IMG/VR virus record: IMGVR_UViG_3300028048_000002
Span: 98,818-162,817 of that record
Strand: one strand, 5' to 3'
Source: a virus
Lineage: Duplodnaviria > Caudoviricetes
DNA length: 64,000 nt
Under the pieces are notes generated by a model. It saw only the letters and a program-made list of their open reading frames with translations, searched no databases and was not told where the DNA came from. The stretch's first letter is position 1. Every line of letters begins with the position of its first letter. The translations under genes were made by a program, and so were the position numbers. This document shows positions 20,296 through 28,461 of this stretch, in pieces.

Positions 20296-21396
20296 TTAAG
20301 ACTCAACACCTGCTAGCATAGCTTCCATATTGTCAGTCCACATAATAATACCTACAGCTTCATCATTTTGAATCAAAGGACATAATGCAACTTCTGATTC
20401 ATCCATATGAGAAATTAGATCTTTGAGCAAAGAAATTTTAAATACGATGGTGAAATCTTCAAAAGGATTATCAATATTCACAGCACAATTTACATTGTCA
20501 TTGTAAAGCAGGAAAGTAGAATCTTTTGCAGATATGCTAATTGTATCATCTGCTGAAGATGTAAACAGTTCAGCCTGGTTGATATACTTAGAGATTACAT
20601 CGAGATTAATTGCTATATATTCTTCAGATTTTGCAAAAAGATCTAAAATGATAGATGAACTGTAATCACCTACACCTGCATCTTCTTCATACTTCGGCAT
20701 GAACTCACAGATATAAGTATATGGATCAGTATCTACAACAAGTTCATATGATTTACCGAGATTTATGATTTTAGAATCTTCAGGAACTGTAGTTAAAAGA
20801 TTTACTACGGTATCTGTAAGTAAACAGGTGCTGTCAAGCTGTGCTTGGTTGGAATGCGTAAAGATGCTATTATCAAAATCACCTACAAGGACATTTCCAT
20901 CACTACTTACCCAAACATTGGTGTATACGGGATGAATAAATGACATCGCAATCGCATACATCTGCTGATTTTTAATAAAATTCCAGCCAGCCGCATCAAT
21001 TTCTTTCCTATAGTCAGAAGCCTCTGAAGGTGTAGGCCTTGATAATTCCATATCACTATCCGCAACTTGAGGTAAAGTAAATTTAGAAGTATTAGAATAA
21101 ATCACCAATCCATTTTCATTAATTTCAAATTCAACCAAATCACTGTCAAGTGTTTTCATCAAATTTTTAAATAAAATGCTATCAACGAAAGTATGATATT
21201 CACCCTCATCTGAACTTTGACCCTTTACTAGAAGTTCAGATTTAATAGAAGAGGCTTCAGTATTTATACGTAATAAATTTTCTTGGATAGTTAATTCTAC
21301 AATACAACTTTTTTGATAAAATTTTGTAATGTTTGAAGAAATAATACTTAAATCTAAACCTTCTAAAATAGGTTGGGTATTAGCTTTAAACTTCAT
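20296..21396 (-). CDS. dnaN: DNA polymerase III beta sliding clamp-like protein
   Basis: 366 aa acidic protein, MKFK N-terminus and three-domain beta-clamp length and pattern; next to the polymerase and clamp loader. Confidence 0.65.
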   Translation of the reverse strand: MKFKANTQPILEGLDLSIISSNITKFYQKSCIVELTIQENLLRINTEASSIKSELLVKGQSSDEGEYHTFVDSILFKNLMKTLDSDLVEFEINENGLVIYSNTSKFTLPQVADSDMELSRPTPSEASDYRKEIDAAGWNFIKNQQMYAIAMSFIHPVYTNVWVSSDGNVLVGDFDNSIFTHSNQAQLDSTCLLTDTVVNLLTTVPEDSKIINLGKSYELVVDTDPYTYICEFMPKYEEDAGVGDYSSSIILDLFAKSEEYIAINLDVISKYINQAELFTSSADDTISISAKDSTFLLYNDNVNCAVNIDNPFEDFTIVFKISLLKDLISHMDESEVALCPLIQNDEAVGIIMWTDNMEAMLAGVES

Positions 21397-21406
21397 TTAA
21401 TTCCTC

Positions 21407-24400
21407 CTAAATATTTCCTTGTTCAACTCTAGCCTCTATGTTATCAATAAATGAATCTTTAGCTACATGATAACGATGACAATAATCATCTATAGCACTA
21501 AGCAATTCAGGTGAAGATAAACCTGAAACTCCATGAGCAGCATCACCTATAGGTTTATTACCATTTTCATCTTTAAACACAGGCAAATCATAACCCATCT
21601 CAACAAGATGCCACTGTATCCAACTACAGGCATTTTCATCATCTAAATTAATAAATTGAGGTTTCGAAAATTTACAAGGTAATTCTAAGCCATACCATCT
21701 ATATGAAGCAGTAACATCGCATTTAATAGGAAATGGCAAGAACGAACCTGCTTGCTCCATATCCTCCTTTAAAACCTGTGCACCCTGCTCCCATTGATCT
21801 GCAGGAACTTGCGCCACAATTTCATCATGAACAACTGTAAGGACTTCACCTCCGATATCTTGCCATCTAGTATCATTCATAACATTAATAAGAGCTATTT
21901 TAGTAAAATCAGCAGCAGATCCTTGAATAATAGAATTACCTGTTATATAATACTTTCCGTTTCTTCGTGCAATCCAGGTCCCTTTTTCTGTGGTAGGACA
22001 CCAAACTGTATCTACATATTCTTCAGATTTATCCATTAAATCAATTCTAGCTGTTTGATTAAGAACTTTTTTAGAAGCAGTAACTTTCCAGAATTTCTTA
22101 TCAGGTTTCTTTTTATATGTCTTTATTTCTTCTCGTTTATTACTGACTTCTCCACACATTAAGCAGATAAGTTGAAACTTATCTGCAATCTCTTCAGATT
22201 CAAAAGAAATACAACCACCTTTTGCATAATTATCACGACAATATGAAAAAATGCAATTTGCAGAATAAGGACCTAATGCCATGATGTCTGAAATACTAAT
22301 ATCATTTTTAAACAGCTTAACTGCAAAATTTTCAACATCAATAGTTTGATTTTCGTTGATATGCTGTAAAGCTAAACGCAAAATATGATATCTAGGTCTG
22401 TGAAATCTTAAAATATGCTCAGTTTCATAAATTCGTACATTATTGGTGTCGAAATTACGCATCACCCATCGATGATTTTCTGTACAAACAGCATCAAAAG
22501 AAGTGGTTGAAAGATGCCATACTTTGATATCTCGAGAATCATGTTTTTCTATATTTATAGCTTTAATATGATCTAAAACTAATTCATTTGAATCTAAAGA
22601 ATATGAAAGAATTTCTTCACCTTCAGCTAATTCATCATAATGCTTCCAACCCTGCGTTGTGAGAATTTCAGTTTGAACATCAACACAATTTACGCATTGT
22701 CTTTTAGCATCATTAATTTTTGGACGATTATTTATCACTTTAATTGATTCCTTTTCGTACAACTCTTTCATACGCTTAGCAATTTGACCAAAATATTTAT
22801 ATTTACTAAACTCTTTTCGAAGCTCAGATAAACGATATTCAGGTATTCCAGATTCTCCATTTAAAGTATTTAAGTCTAACGGATCAATTTCAGGATTTAC
22901 ATACCCAGCAAGCGGCGTAAATTCAAATTCATCAAGCATCATATCTGGAAGATGTCTGCGACGTCCTAAGATAGTTTCCGTATATCCGTACTTTCTTGCA
23001 AAAGCTTGAGATTGTATCATCAAACGTTCTAATTCAGGAAATGCTCGCATAACAGAATCATATACTCGCTGGGCTTCTGTAGTTTTTTCCTCATCCGTCA
23101 TATCATCTCTATGATTATATAACTGCTGACCTATAGAAGGAACAGATCTGCCATAAGTAATTCCTAACACAATTGTTTTTGCTTCATTTCTTCTTGCTTT
23201 TCCTTCAGGTTGATATTCACCCGTCTCTGGATTAAACTCTAAACATTCTTCATAAGCTTTTTTAAATGCAATACTTGCAATAGTAGCATATATATCTCTA
23301 CCATTTTTAAAAGCATCAATCATTGAAGCAGCATTAGCTACAAACGCAGTAAGTTTAGGCTCTTGCTGAGAAAAGTCACTTCCAATCATGATTTTTCCCG
23401 GATCTGCCCTAAACATTTGCCGAATATCACCTAGTTTTGCAGGAATATTCATAAGATTAGGATCTGAAGATGACATTCGGCCCGTTCCGGCGCCAATTTG
23501 TCTAAAATTCGCATGAATCTTTCCATCGTGACTTACAGCTTCAGGTAATTTATCTACAAATGTGCTTATATTTGTTGCTAAACTTCTTACCTCTACAATT
23601 TTATCAGTAATAGGTTTATTAAAATCTTTAAGTATTTCAACCCCAGTTGATTCTTTTCCTTGAGGCTTAGGTAGCTGCAATAGCTCATAACATAGGAATT
23701 TTACATGCAAAGGAGATCTAGGATTAAAATCAGCTCCAGAGGAAAAAGGAGCTTTTTTAGTTGAAATATGCACATTATTATCTAATACATCCTGAACCAT
23801 AGTTCTGAGTTCAAGCATTTCTTTATCGTAAATTTCATGATACTTTACCTGCAATCTTGAAGCACGATCTTGATCAATATACATTCCCGTACGTTCGATA
23901 GATTGAATTATTGAAATAAGAGGAAATTCAACTTGCCAAATTAACTCAGAAATATTTTCTAGATGATTTCTTTTACATTTTTCATTATTTTTAAGTGTAT
24001 ATGGAAGCTGCCATACAAATAATTCATACGTGATTTTAGCATCATTGGCAGCATACAATTTTGCAATTTCCGGTTTACAATAAGGGAACAAAGAAGGAGA
24101 AAAGAAATCAGAAAATCTTTTAGGATCTCCTTCCCCTTTCAATACATATTTATTGTAAAGTTCTTTTAACCCATTATGTAATTCATTTTCCTTTAAGCAT
24201 CTCCAAGCTAAAATTACATCATAGTAACAAGACGGACATAAATCAACCTTTAAATCTTTCCAAATCATATATAAGTCAAAATTCGCATTAGCAAAGATCA
24301 ATTTAGTATTAGCATCAACAAATCTTTGGAGCTCTTTACCTACAGTATTATAATCAAGTTGATTTTTATATTCATCTTCAAAGATAGGAATTCGATGCTT

Positions 24401-24727
24401 CATAGGAATGTAGCACTCAACCCCGTCAGGATAATACAACGAAGCACCTACAATATAATCTTGATTTCTATCAAGACCAGTTGTCTCAGTGTCTATCCCT
24501 ACATAGCCACAAGAGATAGCAGCAGTTACATATTCATGCAACTGCTGCTCAGATTCAATTAGTATAGCAAGACTATCACTAAAATACTCTTGTACAGCTT
24601 TAGAAGAGGAATTTAACTCATCATTAATAGAAGATACTTTTTTTGGAGATTTGGGAGCTTGTACAGCTTTACTCTTCTTAGCTATATCGTTAATTTTGTC
24701 AATTTGAGAAGTACTGAATAGCCCCAT
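21407..24727 (-). CDS. polA: Family A DNA polymerase with 3'-5' exonuclease, containing an intein
   Basis: IDTETTGL exonuclease I, YAANDA exonuclease III, TGRMSSSDPNL, DFSQQE (motif A), R..AK...LGITYG (motif B), IQGSAAD, VHDEI (motif C). Confidence 0.95.
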   Translation of the reverse strand: MGLFSTSQIDKINDIAKKSKAVQAPKSPKKVSSINDELNSSSKAVQEYFSDSLAILIESEQQLHEYVTAAISCGYVGIDTETTGLDRNQDYIVGASLYYPDGVECYIPMKHRIPIFEDEYKNQLDYNTVGKELQRFVDANTKLIFANANFDLYMIWKDLKVDLCPSCYYDVILAWRCLKENELHNGLKELYNKYVLKGEGDPKRFSDFFSPSLFPYCKPEIAKLYAANDAKITYELFVWQLPYTLKNNEKCKRNHLENISELIWQVEFPLISIIQSIERTGMYIDQDRASRLQVKYHEIYDKEMLELRTMVQDVLDNNVHISTKKAPFSSGADFNPRSPLHVKFLCYELLQLPKPQGKESTGVEILKDFNKPITDKIVEVRSLATNISTFVDKLPEAVSHDGKIHANFRQIGAGTGRMSSSDPNLMNIPAKLGDIRQMFRADPGKIMIGSDFSQQEPKLTAFVANAASMIDAFKNGRDIYATIASIAFKKAYEECLEFNPETGEYQPEGKARRNEAKTIVLGITYGRSVPSIGQQLYNHRDDMTDEEKTTEAQRVYDSVMRAFPELERLMIQSQAFARKYGYTETILGRRRHLPDMMLDEFEFTPLAGYVNPEIDPLDLNTLNGESGIPEYRLSELRKEFSKYKYFGQIAKRMKELYEKESIKVINNRPKINDAKRQCVNCVDVQTEILTTQGWKHYDELAEGEEILSYSLDSNELVLDHIKAINIEKHDSRDIKVWHLSTTSFDAVCTENHRWVMRNFDTNNVRIYETEHILRFHRPRYHILRLALQHINENQTIDVENFAVKLFKNDISISDIMALGPYSANCIFSYCRDNYAKGGCISFESEEIADKFQLICLMCGEVSNKREEIKTYKKKPDKKFWKVTASKKVLNQTARIDLMDKSEEYVDTVWCPTTEKGTWIARRNGKYYITGNSIIQGSAADFTKIALINVMNDTRWQDIGGEVLTVVHDEIVAQVPADQWEQGAQVLKEDMEQAGSFLPFPIKCDVTASYRWYGLELPCKFSKPQFINLDDENACSWIQWHLVEMGYDLPVFKDENGNKPIGDAAHGVSGLSSPELLSAIDDYCHRYHVAKDSFIDNIEARVEQGNI
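21935..22687 (-). mobile_element. Intein (251 aa) in DNA polymerase
   Basis: Interrupts QCVN|SIIQGSAAD; starts CVDVQTEILTTQGWK, block B CTENHRW, ends VWCPTT...WIARRNG..YITGN with Ser+1. Confidence 0.9.
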
Positions 24728-24742
24728 AACGTTTAACCCCGC

Positions 24743-25426
24743 TTAAAAATCTACTTTATCTTCAGATGCAATATCGCTTTCAAGAGAAGATTCTAGAATA
24801 TCAGGCATTTCAGAAACTTGAGTAAGCTTTCTAGGTGAAAGCTTATATTCAGGCATAGAATCTACATCTACCGAAGCGTTAGAACTAGTAGCACTGAGAT
24901 GCTCATTATAATCTTGAGAAGTCCAATCTTTACAGATAGAATTGTAGTATTCAGGAAACTCTACATCCAACTTGCTCAAAATACCTTCATAATCTAACAC
25001 ATTATTCTTACCAATAGCTTGAATACTGTATCTAGTATTAATATCACCTGCAGCCCCATGTCTAGTGATTCTAAATACAAATTCAGAGGGATTAGGAAAC
25101 TTAGAAAATACATCATTTTCTAATTGCTGCTGGAACCTGATAGACCTATCCCAAAATAAAATAGTATTTGATTCAATTACATATAAAGGAATAAAGAGTT
25201 TTGGCTGAACTCGAATATTACGTTCACATGCAGGGCAAGATCGTGACCCTAAACATTGAACATATCCTGAATGATTTTCAGATTTGATATAATGAGTATC
25301 ACACATAAGCACATCTTGAATACTCTTGTACATGAAAATTACATCAGCACTATCTCCATCATTCTTCAGTAGAAACATTCCGGAATACCGCTCATTATTA
25401 TATTCAGTAATCGATTTAAATGCCAT
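24743..25426 (-). CDS. Single-stranded DNA-binding protein (gp32-like; likely start MAFKS at 25426)
   Basis: F.LKNDGD.A, H...C....CPAC Zn site, ITRHG.G...T.Y, acidic tail ending DF; GGAGG RBS. Confidence 0.7.
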   Translation of the reverse strand: MAFKSITEYNNERYSGMFLLKNDGDSADVIFMYKSIQDVLMCDTHYIKSENHSGYVQCLGSRSCPACERNIRVQPKLFIPLYVIESNTILFWDRSIRFQQQLENDVFSKFPNPSEFVFRITRHGAAGDINTRYSIQAIGKNNVLDYEGILSKLDVEFPEYYNSICKDWTSQDYNEHLSATSSNASVDVDSMPEYKLSPRKLTQVSEMPDILESSLESDIASEDKVDF

Positions 25427-25485
25427 ATTATTTACCTCCTGTATTCTTGACATTTAACGGCGTCAAAAGATATTAACGATATTAA

Positions 25486-25941
25486 TTAAAATTCTTTTCT
25501 CCAAGTTACATAAGAACTTGCAGTTTCTCTAAGTTTTGTTTCTTTCAAATGAACATCTGAATAATTAGATTCAATAAAAGAATCAACTACCTGAGAAATA
25601 TGCTTTAAGATATTTTCTACAGACACAGAACCTCGTATTGGGTAACAACTTACATTACATGCGTTAAAGGCTGTAGTAACTAAAACTTGTTTTTGATCAT
25701 TTACATCGTATAAAAATTGACCCTCAGGAGAAGCTTCCTTTAAAATTTTCTTAAAAATTTTGAAATCAATCAATTTATTTGAAGTATTATCAGGAAGACC
25801 TTGAACAGTAGCTTCGAGTTTATACTGATATGCATTTAATCTATATTTCTCAGATCCAGTATTATCTATATATTTATCTAAGTAACAGCAAGAAAACTCA
25901 GTTCTTTGAGTTACTTCTAAGGCAGCATCAGATTTTTGCAT
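25486..25941 (-). CDS. QueD/PTPS-like T-fold protein lacking the Zn-binding His residues
   Basis: EF....L, Y.LEATVQG, IDFK.FK, SVENI...I and LRET.SSY match the QueD scaffold; AAH and LHGH are replaced by CCY and LNAY. Confidence 0.55.
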   Translation of the reverse strand: MQKSDAALEVTQRTEFSCCYLDKYIDNTGSEKYRLNAYQYKLEATVQGLPDNTSNKLIDFKIFKKILKEASPEGQFLYDVNDQKQVLVTTAFNACNVSCYPIRGSVSVENILKHISQVVDSFIESNYSDVHLKETKLRETASSYVTWRKEF

Positions 25942-25979
25942 TTATATCTCCTAAATCATTACACAAAAAGATGCTAGAG

Positions 25980-26061
25980 TCCGGGTGGAGGGATTCGAAC
26001 CCTCATGCTCAAAGAGCGGCAGATTTTGAGTCTGCGATGTATGCCGTTCCATCACACCCGG
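25980..26061 (-). tRNA. tRNA-Leu(CAA), CCA not encoded
   Basis: CCGGGUG/CACCCGG acceptor, GCAGA-CUCAAAA-UCUGC anticodon arm, long variable arm, GGUUCGAAUCC. Confidence 0.93.
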
Positions 26062-26082
26062 ATTCTAGCATCTCTTTAAATT

Positions 26083-26156
26083 TGGAGCAGATGACGAGAA
26101 TCGAACTCGCATCTAAAGCTTGGAAGGCTTCTATTCTACCATTGAACTACATCTGC
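26083..26156 (-). tRNA. tRNA-Gly(UCC)
   Basis: GCAGAUG/CAUCUGC acceptor, loop CUUCCAA, UUCGAUU T-loop, UCCA end. Confidence 0.95.
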
Positions 26157-26157
26157 T

Positions 26158-26233
26158 TGGTAGGGGATGAAAGAATCGAACTTTCAACATACGGGTTATG
26201 AGCCCGGTGTTCTAACCATTGAACTAATCCCCC
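26158..26233 (-). tRNA. tRNA with CAU anticodon (Met, initiator-like; Ile2 not excluded)
   Basis: Loop CUCAUAA, three consecutive G-C pairs in the anticodon stem, G1.U72, ACCA end. Confidence 0.88.
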
Positions 26234-26244
26234 TCTTATAATAT

Positions 26245-26324
26245 ATCACCTTTTGATTTAAACAAATACATTGCAGAAATTTATTTAAATCTTTAACGGA
26301 CTAGCAGAATTTACCGAGGGTGAT
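26245..26324 (-). ncRNA. Unrecognised three-way-junction RNA, copy A
   Basis: AUCACC-CU-CGG-UAA...AGU-CCG-UUAAA-[13 bp hairpin]-AAAA-GGUGAU; junction sequences identical to copy B at 28462-28530, with compensatory stem changes. Confidence 0.65.
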
Positions 26325-26372
26325 TATATCCGCTATGTAATATCTTAGTATATTATAACGATGCAAGATAGC

Positions 26373-26455
26373 TACTAAGGAAATACTTACGCTAGCAAAG
26401 CTGACTGAAAACAAAATTAATCTATCTGATGCAACTAGCGTATCATCACTTAGTA
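26373..26455 (-). ncRNA. Y-RNA-like scaffold, copy 1
   Basis: UACUAAG-UGAUGA-UACGCUAG-UUGCAUC-[variable]-CUAGCGUA-AGUAUUUC-CUUAGUA; has its own upstream TCGTTA motif. Confidence 0.75.
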
Positions 26456-26524
26456 TTTATTATATTTTCAAGGTTAATCATATACGTATTAACGAATAGA
26501 TTATAAATTTATATAAATAAACTA

Positions 26525-26664
26525 GCTTGAGGAAACACTTAAATCAGCATTACAATAAGCGCTCTTCCAGACCTGAGCTAATGAGCACATTCATGCCTAT
26601 ACAGGATTCGAACCTGTGACCTCTCGATTTCCATTCGATGCAACTGATTTATCATCACTCAAAC
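26525..26664 (-). ncRNA. YrlA-like Y RNA (scaffold copy 2 with a circularly permuted tRNA domain)
   Basis: Starts about 15 nt after the Ro60 stop; same scaffold enclosing, in order, UCGA-AUGGAAA-UCGA, a T arm (ACAGG-UUCGAAU-CCUGU), a closed acceptor-like stem and a D arm (UA-GCUC-AGGUCUGGAA-GAGC). Confidence 0.85.
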
Positions 26665-26678
26665 AACTTATTTAATTA

Positions 26679-28154
26679 TCAATATACGTAATATCTTACT
26701 ATATCTAATAACGATTTTGTTTCATCCTCTTGAATTTCAATTATCTTAAACACAACATCTGTAAGTGCTGTGATATATGAAATATCAGATCGCGTTGAAA
26801 CAACTTGACTATGATAGTTTCCAAGGTCAAAGCTATAAATGTGAGAGGGTCCGTAGTTATCTACATATTTCCTCCATAAGCTGTTTGCAGACCTGCTACT
26901 ATCTGCGTAGTACGACCATCGACTACCATCCATAACTTGCATATCTGAAAACAAGAATACTCTGTCATAATGCTTATCTAACATATTGAATACTGTTGAA
27001 ATTTCAGTACCATATCCAAGACCCTCGTTTTTTGCAAGCATTGAAATTAACTTAAATTGATTGCCTGCTGTAAACGTATCTTTTTTCCACTTCTTAGCCT
27101 TCGTCCCAAATTTAATAAAATCAACATTAGACCTAAATCCAGAAACTAAGAATGCAGAAGCATAAACTGCACACAATTCTTTAATCGTCAAAGAACTGTT
27201 CTGGCTAAATCGAGAATCCATAGACCCGGAAACATCAAGGACTACAAGTGTATTCCCGTCAAGATACGGCATATTTCCTGTGGAAATCTCAAACGCTTCT
27301 GACAATGCTGTCTCAACATAGAGCCCAATTCCTTCTTGGTTAAGCGTCTTCCAAGCAGTGTAAATTTGAAGCGGCCAAACTAGTGATTTCTTGATTGCAG
27401 CCTCATTTATAATTTGAGGGACAAGGTTCTCTTTGATCCAAGAACTGGAAGCAAAAGAACATTTGCAGATATTACGAAGATTTCTGAGAAGTGCAAGATA
27501 CCCGAGCTTTTTCTCTTCAACCAAACGCTTCCATTCTGATTCTTTTTCTTCCACTGATTTCGCTGAAGAAATTTTTACTTCCCAAGTATCCGGAGTCTCT
27601 AAGGTTCCTTTCTGATATTGATCTATTGCATCAGATTTTGCATGAGTGATATTGATGATATCATGCATGTTATATTTATGATTTCGCATAGGATATTTGC
27701 CAATTTGATAGGCTGAGAGCGAACTGAGGTAATCCGCAACCCCTCGGATTAAAGCATGAGAACGCTTACCACCGAGATGATCTACAGCAGCAAATACTTC
27801 ACCTACACCATCAGGTCGATGAAAATACTTAGCATAAAAATTGCGCTTATCTTTCCACTGGACGCCATTGAGTATAGCGGCAGTAAGCTCAGAAATTGAA
27901 CGCATTCCAAGTTCATTACGTGCATATACAGCAGCTGTACCTATGAGCTCTGGAGAATATTTAGAAATCATTTGGTTAGTCAAATCTACAAACCTAGATT
28001 CTTGTTCCTCAGCTGACTCGTAGAATCGAGGTTGAAGAATTGAAGAAAAGATTGCGTTACTCCATTCATCCTCTAGATACTTTGAGTATGCTACTCCTCC
28101 CTCAAAAGTAGCAGTTTTCCGAACGTTGATGTTCTTTTCATTGAACTTGCTCAT
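26679..28154 (-). CDS. rsr: Ro60/TROVE domain ribonucleoprotein with vWA domain (likely start MSKFN at 28154)
   Basis: MSKFN...EGG.AY, FYES, YARNELGMRS, TWEVKIS, LGYLALLRNLRNI, vWA DVSGSM and FSDMQ. Confidence 0.93.
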   Translation of the reverse strand: MSKFNEKNINVRKTATFEGGVAYSKYLEDEWSNAIFSSILQPRFYESAEEQESRFVDLTNQMISKYSPELIGTAAVYARNELGMRSISELTAAILNGVQWKDKRNFYAKYFHRPDGVGEVFAAVDHLGGKRSHALIRGVADYLSSLSAYQIGKYPMRNHKYNMHDIINITHAKSDAIDQYQKGTLETPDTWEVKISSAKSVEEKESEWKRLVEEKKLGYLALLRNLRNICKCSFASSSWIKENLVPQIINEAAIKKSLVWPLQIYTAWKTLNQEGIGLYVETALSEAFEISTGNMPYLDGNTLVVLDVSGSMDSRFSQNSSLTIKELCAVYASAFLVSGFRSNVDFIKFGTKAKKWKKDTFTAGNQFKLISMLAKNEGLGYGTEISTVFNMLDKHYDRVFLFSDMQVMDGSRWSYYADSSRSANSLWRKYVDNYGPSHIYSFDLGNYHSQVVSTRSDISYITALTDVVFKIIEIQEDETKSLLDIVRYYVY

Positions 28155-28167
28155 TGCAATCACTCCT

Positions 28168-28232
28168 TACAAGGAAACTTATGTAGAAAGTAGCTTCTCC
28201 TATACGATGTAACTCTCTACTCATCACTTGCA
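28168..28232 (-). ncRNA. Y-RNA-like scaffold, copy 3, in the Ro60 5' UTR abutting the RBS
   Basis: UGCAAG-UGAUGA-GUAGAGAG-UUACAUC-[15 nt]-CUUUCUAC-AUAAGUUUC-CUUGUA, followed directly by AGGAG. Confidence 0.75.
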
Positions 28233-28238
28233 TCAATG

Positions 28239-28333
28239 GAAATTTAGATGCTGGAAATAACTTAATCAGATAAAGTAGCATAATTTCAAGTTATCTATGA
28301 AGTAACTGATCAATCATCACAGCATCTAATTTC
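28239..28333 (-). ncRNA. Y-RNA-like scaffold, copy 4
   Basis: UUAGAUGCUG-UGAUGA-UUGAUCAG-UUACUUC-[AUAA-CUUGAAA-UUAU hairpin]-CUGAUUAA-GUUAUUUC-CAGCAUCUAA. Confidence 0.75.
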
Positions 28334-28379
28334 TATATGTATATAATATAACGAACTTTAAATTTCGATATAAATCTAT

Positions 28380-28453
28380 TGGCTGCGCGACCAGGATTCG
28401 AACCTGGATAGCTGGAACCAAAATCCAGAGTCCTGCCGTTGGACGATCGCGCA
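28380..28453 (-). tRNA. tRNA-Gln(UUG)
   Basis: UGCGCGA/UCGCGCA acceptor, CUGGA-UUUUGGU-UCCAG, GCCA end. Confidence 0.95.
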
Positions 28454-28461
28454 GCATTATT

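Noticed and set aside
25830-26201. Plus-strand 123 aa ORF (also 28544-28744)
   Set aside because: Antisense shadows of tRNA genes.
26373-28333. GUGAUGA in the four scaffolds as a box C/D snoRNA-type or K-turn motif
   Set aside because: No box D (CUGA) lies opposite it; the facing strand is a conserved UUUC, and CUGA occurs only inside P2 of two copies.
26373-28333. The four repeats, or the Cas4-like gene at 19495-20283, as a CRISPR system
   Set aside because: The repeats are structural with non-identical stems and irregular spacing, and there is no cas1/cas2. Solo Cas4-like nucleases are common in phage replication modules.
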